Assembly: GCA_020536535.1 (NCBI GenBank)
Contig: JAHLWZ010000803.1
Span: forward strand, 1-64,000
From: Pelomyxa schiedti
Taxonomy: Eukaryota; Protista; Evosea
Reading direction: 5' to 3'
Length of the DNA stretch: 64,000 nucleotides
The notes under the pieces were generated by a model. It ran no database searches, was not told the DNA's origin, and saw only the letters and a list, made by a program, of their open reading frames with translations. Below are positions 43,263-56,400 of this stretch, piece after piece. The position numbers and the translations under genes were made by a program. Every line of letters begins with the position of its first letter. Within the stretch, counting starts at the first letter, position 1.

Positions 43263-43525
43263 TTACGTAACAAAACATTGTTGAGTCAATTTTCTTCTTG
43301 TTAGTCAAACTTTGTGCACTAAAGTTGCAGCCCAGTTTGGTTGGCCCAAGGATCTGCTTCTATCTTGAGATAAAGTAAAAACCCCGAATGGCGGAATTTT
43401 CAGCTTTTAAGCTGGTCGCAATTGTGATTTACAGAAACAAACGTAAAAACAATTCAGCAAGCCGCAGGCGCAACCACCAAAGAGCAACGCAGAAAAAATA
43501 AAGCGTTCACCAACCATATTACAAA

Positions 43526-44126
43526 ATGACAACAACGTACTCGTCAGGACATTTCAGGGCCGGCCGACCAACAAAACCCCTGCCATCGCAACCAATGTTG
43601 ATTTATTCTGGTACTGAGGGAAAGTATGGTTGCCTGTGCAATTTTTACGAGGAGCCGTTCGAACACGAGGGACAAATTTGGCCTACAATAGAGCATTGGT
43701 TTCAATCCCAAAAATTCACAACACCAGAATACCAGGAGCAAGTATGCAAACACTCGCCATTTGGCAGGAGAAAAACCAGCCCAATGCCACTCAAGCTTTA
43801 TATTTTGTGTTAACGCATAACCTTCCCAGATAAGGCAAGCCAAGACAGCCGATGAAGCCAAGGAGCTGGGCTCGCAGAGGAGGCCTGATTACCGGCCCGA
43901 TTGGCCACAAGTGCGAGAGGCCGTCATGATGGCCGGGCTGAGGTCAAAGTTCAACCAGAACGCGGAGCTCAGGCGAATCCTGATCGAGACTGGCGACGTG
44001 TTGCTGGCAGAGTACGCTCCCGACGATGCATTATGGGGTGATGGCGGCGACGGCAAGGGAAAGAATTTGATGGGTGTACTTCTGGCAGTGCTGAGGGATG
44101 AGCTGAAAAAGGAAGAGGGACTGTAA
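43526..44126 (+). CDS. NADAR (YbiA/COG3236) family protein
   Basis: LCNFY...WPTIEHWFQSQKF |intron| AKELG...DW..VREAVMMAGLRSKFNQNAELRRILIETGDVLLAEYAPDDALWGDG...GKNLMGVLLAVLRDEL. Confidence 0.95.
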
Positions 44127-44326
44127 GTTAACTTACACACTGCAGCACCTCGGGTGTTGTGTGTACTTTTTGGAACTCAATTTTGCAGTGCTGGTGCTGG
44201 TGATTGTTGCTGTTGCTGGTCTTTATTTAACTCTGGGGAAAAAAAAAAAATACCAAGTCTTTTCTGTTTCTTACAACGAAACATTGGTTTTTTTTTCCTT
44301 TTTCTTTTCACATCAGGCATTTGTTT

Positions 44327-45183
44327 TTAGATCACAAGCCGATAGGTGATGTACCGCCCAGCGGTCTCACTTGCTCGTGATATCCTAACGACCTTGTGTA
44401 TTTGCAAATTAAATAGTGCCACTCAAAACGAAGAAGAAAACCTGCCCACGCTGGAGACCATAGTAACGAGCGACCGGGTCACGCAGTAGCATTCTTGGCA
44501 GTTGTGTTTCCTTCAATTTACTGAAAATTTTTGTTATCAGAGGTAAGGACTTGGTACTTACTATCTTGTCAAGAGCTCATGTTTATCATCTGCAGACAAC
44601 ACAACGTGCGCTGGTACCAATGAATGCCGTGTGATGTTTATCATTAACTCCTGCTCAGTGAAATCTTCTATTATATATTCCGCCACGGTTTGTATAGCCT
44701 TTAAAATATGTAAATAAATAAATTAATAAAGTAAATTGAGGCACAGTTTTTGCCATAGGTGTTATCCCTGTTTGACAAACCAATATCCCTCTCTTGGCTC
44801 CCTCCCCCTCCAAGCGATTCATGAATCTAAGTTTTGTTGGATTGGGAAAAAAAAAAAAAAAGGAGTACTCTCTAACATATGCCGTTGCCACTTTAGCTTC
44901 CGGAGGAAAGGCCACCATAACAACATCAGCATAGTCGTCTTTCTTCCTTTTTAGAAGCAACAATCCGTCCCGTCTTTTGTTTAAAAAATTAGAGACATAA
45001 GGGAGATAGCTAGCAGTTGGGGAAAAAAACATACGCCACAGTGCCATCTCTGCTGTGGTTGTTGCGAAACTCTTCGAAAGGCATGTCGCGCTCGGCGTCA
45101 GTGACGATGTACCCGCGGTCCCACAACATCTCAAGGACAGTACGTCGAACACGATACAACCGATTCACCTCGTCTATGTTCAT
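44327..45183 (-). CDS. RPB5: DNA-directed RNA polymerases I/II/III subunit RPABC1
   Basis: [17 protein letters not shown]; [15 protein letters not shown]; [21 protein letters not shown]|[20 protein letters not shown]. Confidence 0.96.
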
Positions 45184-45421
45184 TCCTACGGTGGTCCAGA
45201 CGTAGTATGCGGATTTGCGACTCGCGTGCCAGACACCCGACGCTAATTACAAAGTGGAAAAGCGCAATTACGAGATTCTCTAAGAGGAACAACTTGTTTT
45301 CTGGTTCCTCAGCATAAAATAAATTGAAGCAGCTCTTGTGGTGGACATGGGACCCCGACCACGTGGGATCCACTGAGACCAGATTTTGTTCTTCTCAGAA
45401 ACTTGTGAATCAAGGACCGAC

Positions 45422-47298
45422 GATGTGGACGCTGGCAAGGATGCACAGTGTCCTCTTCTTCATTACGGACTCAGGCTGTTTTCACATAGTGGGGCAGAGA
45501 AAGGCGCGTACGGTGCCCAATGGACACCACCTTCAGGCGGTTGTCATGCTTGCTGCATATTAAGGCAACTTCTTGGCAGTACTGTATGTTGTCAGGTGGT
45601 ACAGCCTGTCTGGTTGCTGTGGAGTGGGTTCCTAAAGGGAAGAGGGGGAGAAGGGGTTTCTTCGCACCAAGCTCAGCACCTTGCTGGGTTCTTTAGGAAA
45701 GAGTTGTTGGGGCAAAACAAAGATAACGAGGCCAATGGCATTCACGTTCCGAACAAACAAAGTACTCTCATCCGATCTAATTAAACAGACCGATCTTTAT
45801 TTCCACACCGACGGTTGGGAATGTACGGGCAGGCACCCTTTGCAACCGAGGAAGCATATTTCGATCCACCCCAAGGCAGCGGTGCTACACAACTACACGG
45901 TCGGGAGGGCGGACGCGGGCACGTGGTGATTGACAGGGACCATTTTGCTTATGTGACTCCGCAAAGGCCTCAGGGGGATGGTGCCGATGTTTGTTTTTTT
46001 TTTGTTTTGTTTTGTTTTGTTAAATTGTCCCCTCTTGTGCTGAAAATGAGCAAGACAGGTGGAGTGTGAGGACTATTGCTGGTAAGAACAGTGTGAGTGG
46101 ATTCTCTGATGGAATCGGGAGTGAGGCTAGGTTCAGCTATCCGAGTTCCATCGGTTTCCTTCCAGTTTATGGCGACGACCTGATTGTGAGTGATAATATG
46201 AATTCCAAATTTAGGCGGCTCCATTCTGATGGACAAACCCAAGGTTGCTCTTTTACACTAATAGTGGATGATCTTTAATTGTTCTGGTTTTTGACTTATC
46301 ATCTTCTCTAAAGCTATTGTAACCACCATCAGGAGTCAGGACCCTCCTCCATATCTCGTAAATCCATCCAGTTTTGTTGGAGACGACAGTGGCAACATAT
46401 TTGTTATTGCAACTGGCAACCACAGCCTTGTGAAAATTGACACAAATGGTTTTTCACAGCCTTGGCACTCCATGAGTCCTTATGTCGGTCAGGATTGATG
46501 TCATTTATTGCGGGATCTTCTTACGGCTTTGCTGATGGCTGTGGTAGCGCAGCAAAGTTTCACTATCCATGGGGCGTGATCCTTGATAGGTCAGGCAACT
46601 TCATTGTCACAGATGTTCAGAATAACCGTATTAGAAAGATCACCCCAGACGGTACGGTACATCTGACATTACATACCTTCCCACTCACACAAAAAAGGTA
46701 CTGTTACTACACTAGCGGGGAATGGAACACAGGGCCATGATGACGGTCCTTGCTCTTCAGCGACGTTTAATAAACCTTGTGGTATAGCACTGGACTGTTT
46801 TACAGATGATATTTACATATCCGATATGGAAACAAGCAGAATCCGGAAAATAACATCCGAAGGTAGCGTTACTTTTTCCTCTACCAGTTGTAATGATGCA
46901 TTTGAAAGGTTTGGTATTTACTGTGGCTGGTTACGGGCGTGGATTTCAGGATGGCCAAAAACTATTGGCAAACTTTAGCTACCCAAGAGGCATGGCATTC
47001 AATTCACAAGGTGCATTGATTATAGCTGACTCCTCCAATAACGCTGTGCGGGCCCTGGACAGAGAAGGTTGTAACTGTTAATAGTTCTATACCCTAATTC
47101 CAACAATCACAAACCGCAGGCAATGTAACTACGCTTGTTGGTGGCCAGCAGGGATTTTTGGATGGCCTGGGCACAGTTGCTCAGTTCAACAATCCCACAA
47201 GTGTAGCGATTGGGCGCAACAGCATTTACGTATCAGACTTTGAAAACCACTGTATAAGAGAGCTTGTACTCACATCCCCAACAACAAATGCGTCCTGA
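45422..47298 (+). CDS. NHL-repeat beta-propeller protein (5' exons unresolved)
   Basis: Repeated units of the form T(I/L)AG..G..DG....A.F..P.G(I/V) plus (I/V).D..N..IR.I, e.g. GFADGCGSAAKFHYPWGVILDRSGNFIVTDVQNNRIRKIT. Stop TGA 47296-47298. Confidence 0.85.
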
Positions 47299-47414
47299 AG
47301 GTTATTTATTGGCTTGTAATGTCGACGAAACCATGGCTCTTCCCTTCACGATTCTTTTTGTGTACGCCAAAGAAAGGAAATTCGAAGGTTTTTTTTTAGT
47401 TTTCCAAAATTTGG

Positions 47415-49593
47415 TCAGTGAGAAAAATATCCTGGAGGTGGCATGTTGTATGCAGAAGGATAGGGATAAGCTGGGTTGTATGGCATGGTTTGTTGTGGGA
47501 ATTGTTGCATGGGAGTTGGTGCGTAGTTGAGTGGGAGGTCGTGGGTGTACATGGCTTGTTGCACAACGTTGTACATAGAGTAGGACTGCTGTGGGTTGTT
47601 GTAGTTTGGGTATTGTGGGTTGAATCCAACACCCACTTGGTTGGGATACACTGAGCCGGTGTTGGGATACATGGTTTGTTGTGTGTTGTTGTTTGTATAC
47701 ATGTTGGGTTGAGTGTTGTTGGGGTACATGGGTGCCTGAGTGTAGGTGTTGAGCGGTGGCGAAGTGGCGGGGGTTGGGTATGTCTGCTGGTTGGTGGGGT
47801 AAGATGTGGATGGAGTGGATGGATATCCTGACAGAGACTGCTGCCCGTAACAAGATTGGCTTGGATCGGAGGTCCGCAGTGGCTGCTGGTAGTTAACTTG
47901 TTGGTACTGTATAGTCTGCTGAGCTGACAGACCAGGTGACTGTGTGGAACTGGGAAGCGGAGGGGAAACGGACGGAACAGGTACATTTGGGATACCGGGT
48001 GATGAAGAATGTAGATTAGTGAAAATGTGTTGTTGAGGAATGCCACTCGAGTGAGAGGGGAATGGGACACCGGTGGATGTGGAAAAGGTTACACCATGTA
48101 GCTTAAGGAAGCAGACTTTATCTTTTTGGTTGTCGGTCACTGGGTTTGAAATTCTGTGAAAAATGGGAGATGATAATATGGGAGGAGGGAAGGAAACCGT
48201 AGTAATGGATCAACAGAGTGAAAGGAAATCTCCCGTAAAGACGCAGCAACCTGTCCAACATAATCCATCTTTTTTGAAGATGCTCCTGTGCGTTGTTGAT
48301 AGCACATAAAAAAAATTGCCTCATCAATCAATCCAACTTTGGGGAGTGGTATCCTGATGGAATGTGGGAAACAGAACGGAGGAAAAAAGGAATGCCCCAA
48401 ACTTGAAAGGACTAAACTGGCCACTAGAAGATGTTTCAGTGTCGTGCAATATTGTATTATTGCGGAGTCGCACAGAAACCATGGAATCTGGTACCTGTGA
48501 AAGTTGGAAAATTGTAAGCCTAAAGTATGAGCCTACTTGTGGTAGTGAGCATTGCAATGTGACTGCTGTTATGAGATTTTCATCAAAGGGTGCTTCAGCA
48601 CTTGGGGTGACTGTTACAGTTGTTGACCCTGTTACACTGGAAATAGTTTCAAGATAGGGGAAAAAAAGAGGGGAAGTACATTTCATGTGTCATTGTCAAA
48701 GTGTGTGGTCCGTCCTTGGCTTGAAGCTTCTGCAATGTTAGAGAAACGGAACCTATTACCACCTAGAGTAATAATTGAGAGAACATTTGATTAATGGGAA
48801 GAGGTACAGGCAGAGAGTCAACTTCCTGGCCGTAAAAACAGAAAAATAGTTCCCCATTGACACCCCCAGCAAGACGTTTCTCAATGGCAAACGCTGGCCA
48901 CTGAAAACTGCACAGAAAGGATCAAAACCCTTTATCATCCTGGAGGATACAAACCTATATGGAGACGTAGGGGAGGCAGAAATCTTTTGGCTCTTATAAA
49001 TCACAGTAGGCACACATAAGTTGCCAGTGTACTTTGAAGGCCTATTCAAATCCCTCGCTTTACGAATTTTCTATATATTAAAATATCAGTTTCCGAATTT
49101 AAAAATCAAGACTTAAACTCCACGCCCAATGGGGAAAAAAAAAAAAAAATTTTAAAAAATAACTCACAGCAGAAGAAAGAGGTTTGACAGTTGGGCCTCT
49201 GAATCTGGAAGCCCCCAGTACCCTCGGGAAGCTCTTCACCACAAAATAAGCGCAGCTCACCTGCTGCCCTTGCGGAAGCACAGAAGCCCCGCCCCCGCCG
49301 CTTGCGCTCACGTTGGCTACGCCGCCCGCGCCTCCACCGCTAACCGACAGTGACGATTTCCTCAGAGTCACTGTAGACATGCTGGCCGATCGGCCTAGCA
49401 CGCTCAGGTGCTGGGTGGCCGGCGACGAAGAGGAGGAGGTCCCGAGGACGCTGCCGGACCCGGAGCCGGGGGAGTTGCTTCCGCCTCCGGAAGAAGAAGA
49501 AGAAGTCGACGCGGCAGGTGTGGGCCCAAAGTAGGCCTTGACAAGCAACGTCGCTACTGCGCTGCTTGTTGGGGTACCGGGGGTGGTTGCCAT
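47415..49593 (-). CDS. Hypothetical protein with Ser/Gly-rich N-terminus and Y/P/Q/N-rich C-terminal tail
   Basis: GC-rich first exon MATTPGTP..., internal beta-rich exon(s), and terminal ORF 47415-48140 with MYPNNTQ-like repeats ending PPPGYFSH*. Internal splicing is uncertain. Confidence 0.55.
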
Positions 49594-49923
49594 GTTGTGG
49601 TGACAAAACACACGCAATCAGCAGATCGACACAGCCAAATTAGCAAATTTTCCCGATAGGGATGGTGTCTCTGTGTGGGCCTGGGGATCCCGACACAGGA
49701 ACTGTGATCTCCACTGCGATGCCCCAGTCGTTGAGCTTCGAGGCCTGCAGAACCCATGGACATCTTTCATCCCTCGAGCATCGAGCTCAGTTTGTTGTTT
49801 GTTGCGACCTCCAAAGCACCCCATCCGCAGGGTGGTGGATGCCAGGACTTCTGGTTAGTTTTCATTCTGGGAGATACTGAGCCCCAGAACCACCACCGAG
49901 AAACTCAAAAAAAAAATAGTAAA

Positions 49924-51063
49924 ATGGCTGCTAAAACACCAGCGAAGAAGCCGGTGGCGGTTGAGGACGAAGACGAGGAAGAGATCGAAGACGACGGTAC
50001 TCTCGTTGACTTGGAGGATGAGGATGACGACGGTGGCTTCGGGTTTGGCGACGACGACGATGACGTTTTCGCAGCGCCTCCTCCCAAGCCCAAGACCACT
50101 GCCGCTGCGAAGTACGCACAATGCTTTTTACTTATTTTCCTTTCTTTTCCTCTTTTTCCTTTTTCTTTCTTTCGTTTTGTGATCCTCGGTTTTTTTTCCA
50201 GGCCTCCGCCTCCTGAGGAAGATCCCTCCAAGTTCAACGTGGTGGGGGGATCTGCGCAAGCCACTGCACGGCTCCTCAAGGACCTACGCGCTTTGAAAGC
50301 AAATGACACTTCAAAGTTTGTGCGTAATCTTATGTACAATCCATATTCAGCACTAAAAAAAATGTAATGTAGGGAATCTCTGCAGAACCACAAGGCGATA
50401 ATTTGTACACAGTTTGTTCTCCACAGTTATTCTTTCACAAGCTAACAACACAAAAATAAAGTGGACAGTTAAACTTTTCGGTTAGCACTCTCTTCTGCCT
50501 TAGGAATTACAATCTTAATCTCGCGTAGGATTTGATGGTCAGCTCGAAAAGGACCTTGAGGCTTACGCCAAGAGAAGTGGAGCCAAGGAGGTACCATCCA
50601 ACCTAGACTCTATTGAATCTCACTGGGTAAAGGTTGAATTGGAAATGAAATTCAGAAGTGACTATCCTTTCACCCCACCCTTTATTCGCGTGGTGAAACC
50701 ACGATTCCAATTTCACACAGGCCATGTAAAATCTTTCCCTATGTAATTCCGGTATTTACCTTCTACAAGGTCACCATAGGAGGCAGTATCTGTATGGAAC
50801 TCCTAACACGAAGCGGCTGGCTCCCAGGTACCCACTCCGTATGTTCGCGAAGAACTAATTTTCGGATAGCAAACGATATCGAAAGTATTCTCGTACAAAT
50901 AAGAGCTGAAATGCTTGCAGGAAATGCTAGGCTGGACCTTCACAATTCCACACCCTACTCGTATGCCTTTATCCTCTATTATTATAACCCAACTGACGCA
51001 AACAGGGACCGAGAAGCTCAAGATGCTTTTGAGAGAGTTGCTAGACAACACGGCTGGAGTTAA
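49924..51063 (+). CDS. UBE2Q: Ubiquitin-conjugating enzyme, UBE2Q-like
   Basis: GSAQATARLLKDLR; DYPFTPPFIRVVKPRF...GHVTIGGSICMELLTRSGW (active-site Cys); IESILVQI...EAQDAFERVARQHGW. Confidence 0.93.
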
Positions 51064-51212
51064 TTATTGTCCCTCAACCACCTCCACTTTTCATTCCTTC
51101 GTGCGTGAAATTGGGACAATAAAATAAACACCGTGTTGATCCAAAAATATTCAACACCCCGTAACGCGGAAATTTTTGCAACGAGAGGTTTTTTTCTCAG
51201 AAGAAAACATGG

Positions 51213-53159
51213 ATGGCGCTGGTGGTGAGCGTCAACGGATTTTTTCGTTTCTCACGTTGTATTTTAGTGGAGTACATCCAAAAGACCAAAGTTCTTGCTG
51301 TATGGGAAGGTTTTTTTTCGTTTTGGTACTGTGCCAAATTACACTCACTAAGTTATTCAGCCTTTTTACAACAATTGGCAAAGACGGGACCACCACCAAA
51401 GGGCACAAATGTGTATGAAGTGGCTGCCAACTTCATACATCAGTGGAGAGCAGGTAGTGATAGAACGTTGTTCTGGATTTTAACTGTGGGTGGGGATGTA
51501 AATTGAATTTCATGTGTTGTGTAATTGCCCACAAAATACTTATCGTAACTAGACAACACAGAGAATGCCAGAACAGCAACCGAGCCTACAACTGGATCAA
51601 AACAGACCAAGCCCACGCCTCACAGTCGTTCTGGCGCCGGAAGTGGCAAAAAAAATCGGCACAATAATCACGGGAGTGGATCCCATTCAGGGAGTTCAAA
51701 TGAGAGCGGCAGTGGTAGCTTTTCAGCCAGTGGGGATCACGCACCCCATCAAATTGCAAGACCAACAGCTACCTCAGTCGCTCTCGAATCTTCTAAGCCT
51801 GCAGCAACCCCTGTACAACCAATAACACCAACATTAACAAAAGCCACAGTTGCAGACTCACCATCTCCAAGTGCAGTAGCCCCACCAGTTGCACCTGTAA
51901 ATACACCTGCACCAACACAAACTCAAACAGCAAAGCCTGAGCCAAAAGTTGTACCATCTGTCCCAGTAGTAACAGTGACGGCTCCTCCAAAAGCGGATAC
52001 TGCGACTCAAAGCAATGCAACTCCCAATCAAGAAAACCCACTTGCCCTTCCAAGCCTTGTTGTCAAGGACTTCAGTAAGAAAGGAAGTAAATCTGGGAGT
52101 ATGGACGATTTCGACTTGCCAGATAGTGATTCTCAGAGTAAAGAATGGGACACACTTGCTTCACTGGAGGACTCTTCAAGCAAACCCCATAAGTCATCAA
52201 CAATAACACTCACTTCTACGCTTGAACATGTTTCTCCTACGACTCCAGCTGCTCCTGTTGGAACTTCCACTGATACTGCTGCCAGATTACAAAGTATCAT
52301 GTCCCGGTTTTCCACTCCTCCAATTGCTCTTGCATCAAGCACCCCTCCAATACCTCTTGGAACTAATCCCCTGACCAATCCTCTTGTAAGTACCCTCGGG
52401 AGCAACCCCCTTGCAAATCCTCTTGTACTTGGGACCTCTCCACTGGGTCTTGGAACTCCTTTGGGTTTAGGCAGCCCACTAAATATTGGCGCATCGCCTC
52501 TCGGCACCCCTCTGACCGGTCTGGGGGCATCATCACTTGCCGGAATTTGCCAACTAGGAAACATTGGTGCCTCGCCACTGGGAAGCATAGGGACTTCACC
52601 ACTGGGTGCCATGGGTTCCTCCCTTGGTTCCATTGGTGCTCCCTTGCCTCTTTCCGGATTGTCATCAATACTCAGCAAACCTTTGACCGCTTCACTCCCC
52701 GTTACCAAGCCAATAGAAACACCAAAACCGGCGGAACCGCCAGAACAACCAACACCCGGACCCCAGCAATCAGAGAAAGCATCCAGCTGCCAAAACGCGG
52801 CCCTCTCTGAGCACACAAACTCCACCACCACAGCAAGCCAAATAGGAGCCACAACACAAAGCCTACTAGGAACCACCGGAATATCCAGCCTCACTGCAAC
52901 ACAGAATCCGCTCACCGGAAGTGTCAGTGATGATTTTGCGGACTTGAGCGGTGTGGTTGATGAAGGTGGGAGTGACCTCAATGGCGTTGAGGACTTTGAC
53001 TTCAGCTTGAGTGGAAGCACCAAGAAAGGTGGTGCCAAGAAAAAGTCCGGAAAAACCAAAGGCAACAAGGCCGGCAAATCACCAAAGGGTGCTACTGGGA
53101 GTGACCCAGATCTTTCCGACCTCAGTGACTTATCTGGCTTTGATGATGACCTCACCTGA
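51213..53159 (+). CDS. Hypothetical protein: small N-terminal domain plus long low-complexity region
   Basis: Two short exons splice in phase into a long S/T/P/G-rich exon containing G[AST]SPL repeats and acidic-Phe motifs. Stop TGA at 53157-53159. Confidence 0.6.
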
Positions 53160-53433
53160 GAGGGGCTTGGGTTTTATGATCAACAGTTCCTGTGGTGTTT
53201 TAGTGAAGCGGCTCTGTTCCATTCACAAAAACAACAGAACTCGCCGGCGGCGAAATCCACGCAGAGAATTTTAGTAAAAATGCGGTTCAAAAATGTCCAT
53301 AACCAAAGCGGGAACGTCGATCTTTTTTCAATGTCCAAACAGAGAGCCAACTGCAAACAACAACGAAAACTTGAACAAAACAAACACAAGCAATTTTTAA
53401 TCACACCAATTCATTCAACAGCGACCAAGAAAA

Positions 53434-56400
53434 ATGGGCTGTCGTTGCCCAGTCCCTCCTTCTTCGTTGTCCTCACGCACCAGGCCATCATCAGTTCCGT
53501 CGTCCCTGTTTCTCCACGTGATCCAAACACTTGTTGTTGTATTGTTATATCCCACAATTGCGCTCGGCGGGTGCAATTCCGACTGCACCGACTGCCCTGG
53601 ATCCGTCCTGGGACAGGCCTCAGTCTCAGTCGCCCCGTCCGCAGGCTCCCTTGCCAACGTCACATTCGAAGTGTATTACGCAGGATTCGCACCAAGTTGC
53701 ACTGGACTTTCGGCCAGTGCTTTTTTCATGATACAGTGGAGCAAGGACAATTTTGTTACAATAGCGGGTTCTGTAAATACCACTAATGTGTCTTCTCAGA
53801 CTTTCCAGGCTGGTTTGTCAGTCCCTTATTTGTTTTTTTTTCTCCACGTTGCAAAAATTCGAACTACGCTCTTCATTTCATTAACTGGAATAATCTAACC
53901 AAATCTAACCAAAACTACACAGTTGGCCATGTTCCACCAGGGATCTGGAAATACAGAGGCATTCCAATGGGGAGGAAAAGGTGGCTGTTTTCTGGATTTC
54001 CCTTTTTTAAAACAGTTTTGTAGGATATGTGCAGATTCAAATTCTGAGGTGAAATTAAATTGTGGCGGCCCAGAGGTAATGGAATTCTTTGATAGGAGCG
54101 TATTGGGGAAAATAGACCAAAACTGCAATAATCCTCTCATAAGTGACTTCCATAGAAAGCAACAACATTATTATTAATCAGTCAATAGATGACTCTTGTT
54201 TCAATTCATCCTTCCCAGCAGAGGTCGAAGCTAAATGCGAGGGTGTCTCCTCATGTCAATTCGCACTTGTCAATAAAATTCTATGTAATGGAGTCAAGGT
54301 GGATCCCCGGATCAATGTGATTGCTCTATGCTCTCCAAAGATTTCTCTGATAAAGGATCCTACACCCAACACTCTCTGTGTTCTGTTTACTCCAGAAGTT
54401 GTGGGGCTTGCATCTACTGTAGATCCAAGTTTGACATCTGTCGTATGCCTGTTCGTCTTTTTTGTTCTTCTCTAACTGTTTTAGAGGACTGTCTCCCTCA
54501 GATGGAACGCATCTAATTGGGGGGCCAATTGCTCTGGGGCTGTGCCATTTTACACCATCGATGTATATCATGTTAGTGGTGTACACTGGACATATGTCAC
54601 TAAGGGCACCAACTTCACTTCTACATTTTCTACTCTGGGACTTTACACTTGGGTACAAATCAAATTTAAGATAAATTAATGACTGCAATTCCATATCATA
54701 AATTGCACCGGGAAGGAAACTAACAAAACTTTTTTAGTATGTGACAGCTAAGAATGGTGTTGCCATTGGCACCTCTAGTCCAAGTTATTTCTATCTCTGC
54801 CACACAGATCCCCCTTTCCCTGTCCAGCTAGCTTCCCCCTTAGATGGGAACTTCTATGAAGGATTGTCAACATATCTATCTTGGGGCTTTGCAGATGGTT
54901 CCGTCGTCACTAATTTCATCCTGTAACCCTATTTGTTAGATTTTATGAATTCATGTGGTCCAGATTACTCTTTAAGATGGCCAGATGCAAGTTCTAATGT
55001 TATTTCTTGCTACAAAAACCAAATTTCAAGAGAATGGGCCAATGCAGCTGTTACATGTCAAAATGCAACAGCTGTTTCATTAGCTTCAATTCTCTCCGAG
55101 GAAGAGTTTGATTACATTTCTTCTCAGTTGTCTCAGCCTATTTGGATTGGGTTGAGTGACATTAAGTGCGTTCCCTCCTCTATCAAGGGTTTTTCCTCAA
55201 TCACTATTTAGAGTTGAAGGTGTGTTTCAATGGGTGGATGGGACCGAAGGTGTTTGGAATACTATTCTATCAAATTCTCCAACGCGTGACTGTGTGTACA
55301 TGAACAGTACAGGCTTTTTTGCTGATACTTGCACTAAGAGCAGACCTTCATTATGTAAAAAATCTGGTACTCAACAAGACCCTTCCACCCATTAACTACC
55401 TCCGATTCAGGCTTTAACCAAGATTGCCAAAAGGACCAATGGTTCGACTTGTACATTGGAACGTCTTCAAGCCAATCCCTGATTGCATCTCACATACACA
55501 CATCGTCATACCATCTGAATGTATCTCTGGAAGGACAATATTTTTGGAGGGTGGTTGCATCCAATTCCCTTTTCACATCAAGCTCTTCCACGTGGAGCTT
55601 TATTTCGTGTATTCCTTCACCACCAGAAAATTTCAGCCTAATAAGTCCCTTCGATGGGGAGCAATACAACATTGGCCCCTCTGTAGAATCCATTAATATA
55701 ACCCTCTTCTGGAATCCTTCAGGGTCTATGGGGAAGACATGCTGGGAAAGTGGTATGAATCCACTTCTCTCAACACTTCCGATAATGATTTCCTAGGACC
55801 TGTTAGCTTGTACATTGTATACATGGACGGGAGAAACCTGCTCAATTCGTCAGTGACTTCTGGTTCTATTTTAGTAGCACCAGGAAATCATACATGGTTT
55901 ATAGTTGCCGGTAATGGCCGATCCACAACCACCTGCCAGGAGGCCAGGTTTACAGTGTGTCAGTCTGTTCCTGAACAAGCACCTTCTTTTTTAAGTCCTG
56001 CGAGTGGAGATCTTTTCGTTGTAGGCAAAGATGTCTTTATGTGGGGTGCAGTTTCATTTGGAATGAATTGTGAGGGTGACTCCCCAATCCTTCTCTTCTG
56101 GTATGGCCTATCACCTGAATCCACAAGCTCTGTAATCCTTCCCATCAACTCCACGTCTTACTGCCCTGATGAGTTGCCAGAAAGTGGGAATTTTTACTGG
56201 TACATTCAAGTGGACAACTCTGTGAAATATACGGCATCCACAACACAAAATATCACTTTGTGTGCATTATCACCCCCTGCCACGCCTGTTATTTCTCCTT
56301 CCACTGGTTTTTTCACATACTCCACTGCTGTGACCACCACGTGGAATGTTGCGCACTGTGGATGTACATGTAGATGGGATTTGAACTGCTCAGTCACTCT

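Noticed and set aside
52133-53155. Long antisense ORFs (also 34660-35454, 35267-35941, 39249-40205, 10418-11017)
   Set aside because: These are shadows of low-complexity sense exons; their composition mirrors the sense strand and they show no domain motifs.
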